From Flavobacteriaceae bacterium (GTDB lineage: Bacteria; Bacteroidota; Bacteroidia; Flavobacteriales; Flavobacteriaceae): a stretch of 64,000 nt of DNA. The position numbers and the translations under genes are program-made. The stretch spans positions 8,576 to 72,575 of the forward strand of contig JAYNHF010000004.1 in the NCBI GenBank assembly GCA_038107695.1. The letters are read 5' to 3'. Positions 42,016 to 51,246 of the stretch are shown here, piece after piece (positions within the stretch are counted from its first letter, which is position 1; every line of letters begins with the position of its first letter). The notes below the pieces were generated by a model. That model did not search any database, was not told the DNA's origin, and saw only the letters and a program-made list of their open reading frames with translations.

Positions 42016-43146
42016 ATGTCAAAAAAATTACTCAATACCATTGGAGAAGCCATAGAATCAATAAAGAAAGGAGAGATTATTATTGTAGTAGATGATGAGG
42101 ATCGTGAGAATGAGGGAGATTTTGTAGCAGCAGCTGAGGTAATTACCCCGGAAAAAATCAACTTCATGGCTACTCACGGAAAAGGATTGATTTGTACCCC
42201 TCTGAGTGAAAAGAGATGTAAAAAATTAAAACTAAACCGGATGGTTAATACTACTTCAGACCCTATGGACACTGCTTTTACAGTATCGGTAGACTTCAGG
42301 GGAAGTGGTGTAACAACGGGGATTTCGGCTGAAGATCGCTATCAAACCATACGTTCATTGGTGAATCCAAAGACCCGAGCCATTGATTTAACACGGCCAG
42401 GGCATGTTTTTCCATTGATTGCAAAAGATGGAGGTGTTTTACGAAGAACAGGACACACTGAGGCTGCTACCGATTTTGCACGTTTGGCGGGTTTTGAACC
42501 TGCAGGAGTAATTGTTGAAATTATGAACGAAAACGGTTCAATGGCACGATTACCAGAATTATTAAAAGTGGCCGAAAAATTCAATCTTAAAATTGTTTCC
42601 ATAGAGGATTTGGTTGCCTACAGAATGCAACACGACAGTTTGATTGAAAAAAAGAGTGATTTTCAGGTAGAAACGCGTTTCGGGCCATTTCGACTCAGAG
42701 CCTTTCAACAAACGACAAATAATCAGATACACTTGGCACTCTCCAAAGGAAACTGGGATCAAGAGGAAGCAGTATTGACTAGGATCAATTCACTCAGAAT
42801 CAGCAACGACATACTGGGTATGTTGACAGGACAAATCACCAAAGGATTGGATGATATTTTTTCTCTGATCAACAAGGCCGAAAAAGGAGCTGTCATTTTT
42901 ATCAATCAGCAACAATCTTCGGAAAACCTTTTGTCAAGAATTGATAAACTAGAAGGGATGCAACGAAAAGGACAGCTAGACAAAACACCGCCAATTGTAA
43001 TGGATAGCCGTGATTTTGGAATCGGTGCACAGATATTACACAATCTTAAAATAAAAAAACTAAATCTGATCAGCAATTCCAGCAAAATGCCTCGTGTGGG
43101 TATTACTGGCTATGGTTTGGAGATTGTTAAGCACACCAACTATTAG
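42016..43146 (+). CDS. ribB: 3,4-dihydroxy-2-butanone-4-phosphate synthase fused to a GTP cyclohydrolase II-like (apparently degenerate) domain
   Basis: RibB motifs 'VVDDEDRENEGDF', 'GLICTPL' and 'RTGHTEAA'. The C-terminal half is RibA-like in length but contains no Cys residues at all. Confidence 0.88.
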   Translation: MSKKLLNTIGEAIESIKKGEIIIVVDDEDRENEGDFVAAAEVITPEKINFMATHGKGLICTPLSEKRCKKLKLNRMVNTTSDPMDTAFTVSVDFRGSGVTTGISAEDRYQTIRSLVNPKTRAIDLTRPGHVFPLIAKDGGVLRRTGHTEAATDFARLAGFEPAGVIVEIMNENGSMARLPELLKVAEKFNLKIVSIEDLVAYRMQHDSLIEKKSDFQVETRFGPFRLRAFQQTTNNQIHLALSKGNWDQEEAVLTRINSLRISNDILGMLTGQITKGLDDIFSLINKAEKGAVIFINQQQSSENLLSRIDKLEGMQRKGQLDKTPPIVMDSRDFGIGAQILHNLKIKKLNLISNSSKMPRVGITGYGLEIVKHTNY

Positions 43147-43206
43147 AAAGATAGAAAATTGAAAAGGTTTTTACTTAAAAGCTGTAGATTGAAAATCAAT
43201 AAATAT

Positions 43207-43214
43207 TATATTTG
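43207..43214 (+). promoter_or_regulatory. candidate -7 promoter box (TATATTTG) for tRNA-Ser
   Basis: Exact TAnnTTTG match ending 8 nt before the first tRNA nucleotide. Confidence 0.3.
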
Positions 43215-43222
43215 CACACCAA

Positions 43223-43307
43223 GGAGAAATGGCAGAGTGGTCGAATGCGGCAGTCTTGAAAACTGTTGAGGGTCACACCTCCGGGGGTTCGAATCCCTCT
43301 TTCTCCG
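43223..43307 (+). tRNA. tRNA-Ser (anticodon UGA), class II with long variable arm
   Basis: Acceptor stem GGAGAAA/TTTCTCC. Anticodon stem-loop GCAGT-CTTGAAA-ACTGT gives anticodon TGA. Long variable arm (tgagggtcacacctccg). T-arm GGGGG-TTCGAAT-CCCTC. Discriminator G; CCA is not encoded. Confidence 0.92.
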
Positions 43308-43314
43308 CAATACT

Positions 43315-43357
43315 AATCCCTTTTCTATTGTTTATTAATAGTTTAGGGATTTTTCTT
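43315..43357 (+). terminator. possible terminator hairpin after tRNA-Ser
   Basis: AATCCCT ... AGGGATT (7 bp) encloses a 23-nt loop with an inner CTATT/AATAG stem and is followed by TTTTCTT. The large loop lowers confidence. Confidence 0.4.
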
Positions 43358-43684
43358 ATTGTACGATATTTGTTCGGCTACACTCTTTTAAAACCTAAAA
43401 ACTTTCCTACTTTAATGAATTCCTGGAGGTGAGTTTTTAGAAAAGTTTTTTCTTTGAGTCAATTGGGTGTATTTTCAGATATAACCTAAACCCAAAAGTG
43501 TCTAAAATGGTATTTTTTGATTTACAAGGTTGATATAATTTTCTTTATCTGGTTAATATATACTAAAGTGTTTCTTAGGTGCTTACCATAGATAATTTAC
43601 TGAAAAAGACTACTTAGAGAATAGATGATTGGGAAGCACACATGGGTCTTATGTATTTGTTATTTTTGAAAAGTATCAGGTTAA

Positions 43685-46600
43685 TCACTCTGACATGTCT
43701 TTTTCTTTGATCCTTGTTGGCAATACACCGTAATGATCCTTAAAACACTTGGTAAAATAAGAAGGAGACGAAAATCCAACCTTGTAGGTGACTTCGCTGA
43801 CGTTGAGTTTTTGAATTTTCAAAAGTTGTTTGGCTTTTTTAAGACGAACTTTTCTGATAAATTCATTTGCTGTATCACCAGTTAAGGATTTTATTTTTCT
43901 GTATAGTTTACTTCGACTAAGGGACATCTGACCAGCAAGATTTCCAACGTTAAGTGACTCATCACTAATGTTTTCGTTAATGTACTGGATAACACTATTT
44001 ATAAATTCTTTATCTAAAGATGTTGAATTTTCTGTATTAATTTTTTCTACGATTCCATTGAAGTATTTATCAAACAAGATTTGTCTGCTTTTAATGAGCT
44101 GTTTCAAATGCGATTTGAGAACATCCATACTGAAGGGTTTATTAAGATACACATCGGCTCCAGAGTCAATTCCTTTTAAACGGTCTACCTCCATACTTTT
44201 GGCTGTTACCATTAAAATGGGAATATGACTGGTTTTTATATCATTCTTAATCTGATGGCAAAATTCAAACCCGTCCATCGAAGGCATCATGACATCGGTT
44301 ATGATAATATCAGGAATGTACTTACATGCCATTTCTATACCCTTTTTTCCATCATCAGCTTCTTTGATTTGGTATTCATTTTTTAACTCATTTTTAATGT
44401 AATTTCTCAAATCATAATTGTCCTCAACTATTAATGCGATCTTTTTATTTTTAAAATCTTTCTCACTGTCTAAAATAACAGATTCCTCCAAAGCGAGTTT
44501 AGCGCTTTTATCTGTATTGGAGTATTTTTTCTTTGGCTCATAATTATCCTCTAAATGACTGTTTCCAGCAGGAAGATAAATTTTAAATTTCGATCCTTTA
44601 TTTTCTTTACTTTTCAATACAATTTTACCTTTATTTAGCTCAATAAAATGTTTGACTAACTCTAAACCTATACCTGAGCCTCCTTTGTAAGTATTTTCTT
44701 TTTCATTAGAATGAAAAAAGCGATCGAAAATTTTGTCTTTATTTTCTTTCTTTATTCCAATTCCATTATCCTTAATGACAATTCTAATGGCTTGCACGGG
44801 TTCATTATCATTGACTAATGGCAATAAAACATATTTTAAAGGCTGTTGAATACTTACCGTTATTTTACCTCCGACAGGTGTTGCTTTGAAAGCATTGGAC
44901 AACAAATTAAAAATGATTTTTTCCAACATGGATTGGTCAGTCCAAATGATGATATCTTTTTCTTCATATTCAAAATCAAGGGTGATACTTTTGATGATAG
45001 CTTCCTCTTCAAAATGACTCAGAACTTCATCCACAAAGGGAACGACAAGGATTCGAGATGTATTAATGGCCGTTTTGTTAAATTGTAACTTTCTAAAATC
45101 CATTAACTCATTGATCATTCTGGATAATCGTTTTGCATTTTTATAGATGGTTTTATGTTTTTCTCTAAGTTCCGCAGGTAATTTTGTTAAATCTTTTTTG
45201 ATGATATCTTCTAGCGGGGTTAAAATAAGGGATAAGGGTGTTCTGAATTCATGAGAAATATTCGTGAAAAACTGTATTTTTTTAGCATTCAAAGCTTCCT
45301 GTTGACGATTGTTTTCTCTTTCAAAATTTAAAATTCTTTTTTGATTGATTCTCTCTGCAATGACACTAAAAATTAAATAAGAGAGTAAACACATAATTAT
45401 TACATAGAATATGATGGCATACACACTAATCCACCATGCAGGTAATATTTTGATAGCAATCTCGGCTGGAACTTGATTCCAAATACCGTCATTATTAGCA
45501 GCTTTTACCCTGAAGGTATAATCTCCTGGCGGTACATTTTTATACGTTACCTTTCTGGTGGTGTTTGATTGAATCCAATCCTCATCAAATCCCTCAAGCA
45601 TATATGCGTATTGATTACTTTTACTTCGGGTATAACTAATACCTATAAATCCCAAAGAAAACTGAGATTGAAAGTTCCTTAATGTGATTTGTTTGGATTT
45701 ACTAATCACTTTTTTCAAAGGAGAATTTTTTGATTTAGGTGTTATTATATCACCCGCAAGCTCGAGTTCTGTAAAAAATACGGAGGGAAGCTCTTTATTT
45801 TTGATAATATTGTCAGGAACGAAATAATTTATTCCTTTTGTGTTTCCAAAAAATAATTCGTTGGAAGCACTTCTGTAGACAGAATTGTAATTAAAATTGT
45901 TAGAGAGTAATCCATCATCTTTATTAAAGTTTGTAAAGGTTTTATTCTCCAAATTTAATTTTGACAAACCATTATCTCCACCGATCCAAATAGATCCTCT
46001 TTCATCTTCTATAATAGAGGATACGGAAGAGCTTATGAATCCGTCGGAGGAAGAATAGTAGCGCAATTTGTCCGATTTCTTATCATAAACAAAAAGACCT
46101 CTACCTTGTGAACCAATCCAAATTCGGTTATTTTGATCTTCGAAGAGACTAAAAATGATGGTGGGCTCCGATGGGTTACCCAAAATAGCATTCATTTTAT
46201 CGTTTAAACTTTTTATTTGATATACTTTAGATTGATTGTTTTTTTGTAAGTGATAAACACCTGATCGGGTTCCCAACCAGAGGTCATCGTCTTTATCAAC
46301 AATTATTTTTCTGATATTGCTTGAGTTGATATTAAAAGAAGAAAAAGGCGACTGATTGTGGTGTGTAAAAGATTCATCCTTTGGGTCAAAAGAGTACAAC
46401 CCACTTAAAAAAGTCCCTATCCATATAACTCCTTGGGAGTCCTCTGCAAATGTCATTATACGGTTAGACTTCAATACAGATTTTATAGAACTTTTATTAA
46501 TATTAATAAATGATTTGGCATTCTTTTTAAGTAAATAAATACCGTTGTTCCATGTCCCAACCCATATATTATCTCGACTGTCTTTAAATACACTCTGAAT

Positions 46601-47872
46601 ATCTTGAGCATTTAACCCCTTTGCAATCGTATTTTTTGGATTATTGAGATTGGTGAATTTTTTGGTATTAAAATCATAGACATCAATGCCTCCATCAAGT
46701 AAGCCTATCCATAATCTACTTTTTTCATCGGATATAATACTTGTAACCGAATTTGAATTTAAAGAGTAATTAGGCTGAGCAGGGATGAGTTTAAATGATT
46801 GAAATTTATTGTGATTTTCATCATATACGTCTATACCTTGGTTATAATAACCCAACCAAACACGATCTTTTTCGTCTGTAAAAATTGACCATATAGAGTT
46901 GGACTTAAGTCCATCATTCGTGAATTTATTGTATCTAAGGTTATTGATATTATCGTTTTCGTAATCAATTTCAAAAAGTCCGTCATTCTCTGTACCGCAA
47001 AGGATATTACCGTTGGATTTTTCTGAAAGTGATAAGATTCTATTTTTACTGATTTTAAAATTTTCTATAGTGAATTCACCGAGACTATTTTCCCTTAATC
47101 TAAAAACTCCCGATGAAAAAGTTCCAATCCAGATGGAATGGTCAGTAGTCGTAATCATGGATTGTATTGAAATTGGAAGGATTTCATAACTTTCACCAGT
47201 ATCCAATTTAGCAATACTGAGTTCTTCATTATATTCATCGTATATCATTAACCCCCTGTTGGTTCCAACCAATTGCTTTCCTCTTTTAGATTTCGAAAAA
47301 CAGTTAATTAACAATCCAGCATTAGAAAAACTACTTTTGTTTTTGATTAACTCCATTGTATTACTTTCGATAGCAAATTTGTAGAGTCCATTTCCATGAG
47401 TTCCAAGGAGTAAATGGTCTTCGTCAAAATCAGTTATTGCGTGAACAGCCAACTTTTGGGTTGATATACTATCTTGAATTTCTATTTCCTCAAATTGGTC
47501 GAGATTCGAATTATATTTATTTATTCCTAACTCTGTACCCACCCAAATTCTATTTTTTCTGTCTTTAAGAATGGAGTAAACCAAAGAACTATTGAGAGAA
47601 GTACTGGGCGAGTTGTATTCTTTTTTATAGTTTTTGAAATCGATGCTGTTGAATTTGAATAAACCATCACCATTTGAGGTAATCCAAAGGTATCCTTCAT
47701 CATCTTTAACTATATTGGTGATGCCGTATTGAGTAATATCCTCCTCTACAGTGACAAAACTTTGACTTAAAAACTTTTTTTGAGTATGGGCGATTTGAAA
47801 AAAGAATAGGCTTACTATAAAAAAAATAAAAGCGAATTTAAAATTCCAAAAAGTACAACCCTTACAATTCAT
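43685..47872 (-). CDS. hybrid two-component system regulator (HTCS): periplasmic beta-propeller/Y_Y_Y sensor, histidine kinase, receiver and AraC-type HTH
   Basis: 1395 aa. Contains many 'W(I/V)GT..GL' Reg_prop-like repeats, one TM segment, the H-box 'FFTNISHEFRTPL' and the HATPase motif 'DNGIGI...GSGIGL'. Receiver domain 'ALIVEDNYDLRNYI...DIIITDVMMPSMDG'. C-terminal AraC HTH 'VGFSSPSYFTKCFKDHYGVLP'. It is divergent from susC. Confidence 0.92.
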   Translation of the reverse strand: MNCKGCTFWNFKFAFIFFIVSLFFFQIAHTQKKFLSQSFVTVEEDITQYGITNIVKDDEGYLWITSNGDGLFKFNSIDFKNYKKEYNSPSTSLNSSLVYSILKDRKNRIWVGTELGINKYNSNLDQFEEIEIQDSISTQKLAVHAITDFDEDHLLLGTHGNGLYKFAIESNTMELIKNKSSFSNAGLLINCFSKSKRGKQLVGTNRGLMIYDEYNEELSIAKLDTGESYEILPISIQSMITTTDHSIWIGTFSSGVFRLRENSLGEFTIENFKISKNRILSLSEKSNGNILCGTENDGLFEIDYENDNINNLRYNKFTNDGLKSNSIWSIFTDEKDRVWLGYYNQGIDVYDENHNKFQSFKLIPAQPNYSLNSNSVTSIISDEKSRLWIGLLDGGIDVYDFNTKKFTNLNNPKNTIAKGLNAQDIQSVFKDSRDNIWVGTWNNGIYLLKKNAKSFININKSSIKSVLKSNRIMTFAEDSQGVIWIGTFLSGLYSFDPKDESFTHHNQSPFSSFNINSSNIRKIIVDKDDDLWLGTRSGVYHLQKNNQSKVYQIKSLNDKMNAILGNPSEPTIIFSLFEDQNNRIWIGSQGRGLFVYDKKSDKLRYYSSSDGFISSSVSSIIEDERGSIWIGGDNGLSKLNLENKTFTNFNKDDGLLSNNFNYNSVYRSASNELFFGNTKGINYFVPDNIIKNKELPSVFFTELELAGDIITPKSKNSPLKKVISKSKQITLRNFQSQFSLGFIGISYTRSKSNQYAYMLEGFDEDWIQSNTTRKVTYKNVPPGDYTFRVKAANNDGIWNQVPAEIAIKILPAWWISVYAIIFYVIIMCLLSYLIFSVIAERINQKRILNFERENNRQQEALNAKKIQFFTNISHEFRTPLSLILTPLEDIIKKDLTKLPAELREKHKTIYKNAKRLSRMINELMDFRKLQFNKTAINTSRILVVPFVDEVLSHFEEEAIIKSITLDFEYEEKDIIIWTDQSMLEKIIFNLLSNAFKATPVGGKITVSIQQPLKYVLLPLVNDNEPVQAIRIVIKDNGIGIKKENKDKIFDRFFHSNEKENTYKGGSGIGLELVKHFIELNKGKIVLKSKENKGSKFKIYLPAGNSHLEDNYEPKKKYSNTDKSAKLALEESVILDSEKDFKNKKIALIVEDNYDLRNYIKNELKNEYQIKEADDGKKGIEMACKYIPDIIITDVMMPSMDGFEFCHQIKNDIKTSHIPILMVTAKSMEVDRLKGIDSGADVYLNKPFSMDVLKSHLKQLIKSRQILFDKYFNGIVEKINTENSTSLDKEFINSVIQYINENISDESLNVGNLAGQMSLSRSKLYRKIKSLTGDTANEFIRKVRLKKAKQLLKIQKLNVSEVTYKVGFSSPSYFTKCFKDHYGVLPTRIKEKDMSE

Positions 47873-48061
47873 AATTAATCATGTAAGAATAATGAAAATA
47901 TTCTATTATCATATAAATTATTGTAAATCATAGACTTGTTTGCTTCAAAAATGATATTTTTTTCTTCAAATATTACATTTTCAAATTTACTTTACACATA
48001 TTTTTACTTATTATATATAAAAATCTTTTAAAAATCAGTTAAAAACCAATAACAACGATTT

Positions 48062-51000
48062 ATGAAAAATCTTTTTCTAATACTAATCTTCTCACCCATT
48101 TTGATTTTTTCTCAATCAAGATCTGTGAAAGGAACTGTTTCAGATGATATGGGTATGCCACTTCCAGGAGTAGCGATAGTGATTAAGTCTGATCCATCAC
48201 AAGGCGTCACTACTGACTTTGATGGTAACTTCTCAATAGATATCCCAGACGACCAAGACGGTATTTTAATCTTTACATATGTTGGTTTTTCCAACCAAGA
48301 GATAGATGCCTCAGAGGTTTCTGTAATTAATTTAAGTATGCAACCCGATGAAACATTACTTGAGGAGGTTGTTGTCGTGGGTTATGGTACTGTTCTTAAA
48401 AAGGATGTGACAGGGTCACTTTCGACTGTAGAAGTGGAAAGTGAAGTAGCAAATCAGTCAACTTCTATTGACCAGCTTCTACAAGGAAGAGCAGCCGGAG
48501 TGCAGGTCATACAAAATTCAGGATCACCTGGATCGGGAATCAGTGTTAAGATTCGAGGCACCAACAGCTTAAGGGGTAATAACGAACCATTATATGTTAT
48601 TGATGGAGTCATTATTTCATCTGCTGGAGAGGATGTTATGCCTGCTGGTGGAATTGGGAATTCTGGTCAAGAAATACAGAACGGGCTCAATGGAATCAAC
48701 CCTAGAGACATTGAGAGCGTACAAATATTAAAAGATGCTTCAGCTACAGCCATTTACGGTTCAAGGGGTGCCAATGGTGTAGTATTAATTACCACCAAAA
48801 AAGGGAGCAGTAGCAAAGTGAAAATAAATACTTTCGTGACGAGCTCTATACGATCGGTAACCAAAAAATACGACGTATTGGATGGACTAACATATGCCAA
48901 ATATAGAAATGAAACCCTTGAGTTGGAGGGAAACAACCCAGCTTATCAAATTACTGATAATGAAGTATTTAGAATCAGTTATGGTGATGATGGTGATGAC
49001 CCAGGATCCTCTTCTTCATTGTCTGCTGGCATCTACAAGTGGCAAAATGAGTTGTTTCGTCAAGGTTTTAGTACCAAGGCTGGTTTATCAGCCTCTGGGG
49101 GAAGTGATAAAGGAAACTATTACGTTTCAGCAGGTTTTGATAACCAACAAGGAGTCATTGAAAATTCAAGCCTCAAGAGTGGTGATCTTAGAATTAACCT
49201 AAATCAAGATTTAAATGATAACCTCAAATTAGAAGCTCGAGTAAGTGCCTTTTTTAACGAGACTGATTTTGCAGAGTCAGGGGATTTGATTGGAGCCAAT
49301 CAGAGCTTTATAAGAAACGTTATTGCTTTTAGACCGGTCATTTCTGAAGAGATTGATGAATTTAATGAAGATTTAGAGGCTTCAAACCCTTTTTCATGGG
49401 TAGAGGATTTCTATGATCAGTCAAAAGAAAAAAGATACATCGGTTCTTTGGGATTAACCTATAAACTCCCTTTGAAGGGCCTCAGCTATCAATTCAAGGT
49501 TGGAGGTAATTCAAGAACCAAAGATCGAAGACGTTTTTACGGTTTGACTACTTTTCAAGGTAGTGCAGCAAATGGTGCACTGCAAATTTCCACTCTTAAT
49601 TCCAATTCCTATCAAATCAATAATTTTTTAAGGTTCAATAGGGATTTTAATAATAAACATAGAATCAATGCATTGTTGGGTACTACCTATGATGTAAGGA
49701 ATGTTAACAGTAGCATCTATGCTGTTGAAAGTTTTGTAACTACAGAGTTGACCACATTGCAACCTTATTTGGGGTCTGCCATTACCCAACCGCTCAGGTA
49801 TCTCAAATCTGATCAACAAATATTTTCTTTGCTTGGTCGGATAAATTATACTTTTAATAATAAGTACATTGCTACTGTTTCCTTTAGAAGGGATGGTGTT
49901 TCAAAATTTTCTGAAGAGAATCGCTATGGTAATTTCCCCTCTTTTGCGTTGGCTTGGAGAATGGAAAATGAAGGATTTATTAGCAATTTAGATGCTTTTG
50001 AAGATTTAAAAATTAGGGCTGGTTGGGGACAAATCGGTAACCACGGTATTGGTCCCTATGGTACTTTGTCTAACTATGGTGTGAGTGATAATCTTTACGG
50101 TAATACCAGCAATGGTACTACAGTTCCTCTAAGTTTGAATAACATTGCCAATCCTAATCTAACATGGGAGAAGACAGAACAAATCAATTTTGGATTAGAT
50201 TTTGCCTTAAAAGACAACTTTATTTCGGGATCCATTGATCTTTATGAGAAAACAACCAAGGACTTACTCCAAAATAGTCCCATACCTACTTCATCAGGTT
50301 ACAGTAATATTTTGATTAACAGAGGAAGTGTTTCTAATAAAGGTATGGAAGTTGCATTGAATGTGGCGGCCGTTTCAAAAGAAAACTTCGAATTGAGTTT
50401 AGGAGCCAACATTGCTTTTAATCAAACAAAAATTGAAGAATTAGGGATTCCCAACAATGATTTTTTCATCGATGGAGTTGCCCAACAACGTTCTTTTTAT
50501 TTTGGTCAGAATATCAGTAGGGGTAATATTTTTAAGGCTCCTGCGAATGTATTTGTTGAAGGTGAGGAATCTAGTTTGTTTTACGGATTTAAAACCAATG
50601 GAATATATCAGACGGAGGATACTGATTTGGTGGAAGGAGCTGTTCCTGGTGATGTCAGAATAGTAGATCAAAATCAAGATGGAAAGATAGATTTGGATGA
50701 CAGAACTTTTATAGGAAATCCTAATCCCGATTTTGTTTACGGTTTTAACTTGTCGCTTAGAATAAAAAGAATCTCTGCTAAATTATTATTTAATGGTGTT
50801 CAAGGGAATGATATCGCAAACGGAAATCTTCTTCAGTTGGATAATGCAGAGGGGATTATTACCAATATAAGACCTGATGCATACAACAACGCATGGAGAC
50901 CTGACGCACAGTCGAATACATATCCAAGAATTGGTTTTACCACTAATGGAAGGGTGGCCATATCAGATCGGATCATCGAAGATGGAAGTTATCTTAGGTT

Positions 51001-51223
51001 GAATAATATGACCGTAGGTTTTGATGTACCAATAAGTGAAGGTTCAGATATTGAAAATATGAATATCTTTCTGGCAGGACAAAACTTGTTTACGCTTACC
51101 AAATACAGTGGGTATGATCCCGAGATATCCAACTTCCTCTATACGGGATTAATTAATGGAGTTGATTGGAACGGGCCTCCAAATGCTAAAACAATTTTAC
51201 TCGGTATAAACATAAATTTCTAA
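48062..51223 (+). CDS. susC: SusC/RagA family TonB-dependent outer-membrane transporter
   Basis: Signal peptide and a carboxypeptidase-regulatory-like N-domain 'VKGTVSDDMGMPLPGVAIVIK'. Plug motifs are 'VVVGYGT', 'IRGTNSL' and 'YGSRGANGVVLITTKKG'. The C-terminal barrel ends in '...GININF'. Confidence 0.93.
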   Translation: MKNLFLILIFSPILIFSQSRSVKGTVSDDMGMPLPGVAIVIKSDPSQGVTTDFDGNFSIDIPDDQDGILIFTYVGFSNQEIDASEVSVINLSMQPDETLLEEVVVVGYGTVLKKDVTGSLSTVEVESEVANQSTSIDQLLQGRAAGVQVIQNSGSPGSGISVKIRGTNSLRGNNEPLYVIDGVIISSAGEDVMPAGGIGNSGQEIQNGLNGINPRDIESVQILKDASATAIYGSRGANGVVLITTKKGSSSKVKINTFVTSSIRSVTKKYDVLDGLTYAKYRNETLELEGNNPAYQITDNEVFRISYGDDGDDPGSSSSLSAGIYKWQNELFRQGFSTKAGLSASGGSDKGNYYVSAGFDNQQGVIENSSLKSGDLRINLNQDLNDNLKLEARVSAFFNETDFAESGDLIGANQSFIRNVIAFRPVISEEIDEFNEDLEASNPFSWVEDFYDQSKEKRYIGSLGLTYKLPLKGLSYQFKVGGNSRTKDRRRFYGLTTFQGSAANGALQISTLNSNSYQINNFLRFNRDFNNKHRINALLGTTYDVRNVNSSIYAVESFVTTELTTLQPYLGSAITQPLRYLKSDQQIFSLLGRINYTFNNKYIATVSFRRDGVSKFSEENRYGNFPSFALAWRMENEGFISNLDAFEDLKIRAGWGQIGNHGIGPYGTLSNYGVSDNLYGNTSNGTTVPLSLNNIANPNLTWEKTEQINFGLDFALKDNFISGSIDLYEKTTKDLLQNSPIPTSSGYSNILINRGSVSNKGMEVALNVAAVSKENFELSLGANIAFNQTKIEELGIPNNDFFIDGVAQQRSFYFGQNISRGNIFKAPANVFVEGEESSLFYGFKTNGIYQTEDTDLVEGAVPGDVRIVDQNQDGKIDLDDRTFIGNPNPDFVYGFNLSLRIKRISAKLLFNGVQGNDIANGNLLQLDNAEGIITNIRPDAYNNAWRPDAQSNTYPRIGFTTNGRVAISDRIIEDGSYLRLNNMTVGFDVPISEGSDIENMNIFLAGQNLFTLTKYSGYDPEISNFLYTGLINGVDWNGPPNAKTILLGININF

Positions 51224-51246
51224 TCGTGATTATTAAAAATATAAAA

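Noticed and set aside
43229-43432. 67-aa ORF (MAEWSNAAVLKTVEG...) in the ORF track
   Set aside because: It is read straight through the tRNA-Ser gene and its terminator hairpin. The peptide is simply a translation of the tRNA and not a gene.
43308-43684. Integrase, att-site or mobile-element remnant next to tRNA-Ser
   Set aside because: The 377-nt gap has no ORF of meaningful length, and I saw no recognisable inverted or direct repeats of the tRNA 3' end. The island hypothesis is kept only as a low-to-moderate finding.
47815-47872. Apparent 1-nt discrepancy: my by-eye count of a poly-A run near the HTCS start, and similarly near the tilS start at about 22750, versus the ORF-track coordinates. 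Taken at face value this would imply a frameshift.
   Set aside because: The ORF track is computed from the sequence and gives uninterrupted 1395-aa and 445-aa ORFs with coherent domains. The discrepancy is most likely my miscounting of homopolymers, so no pseudogene or frameshift is claimed.
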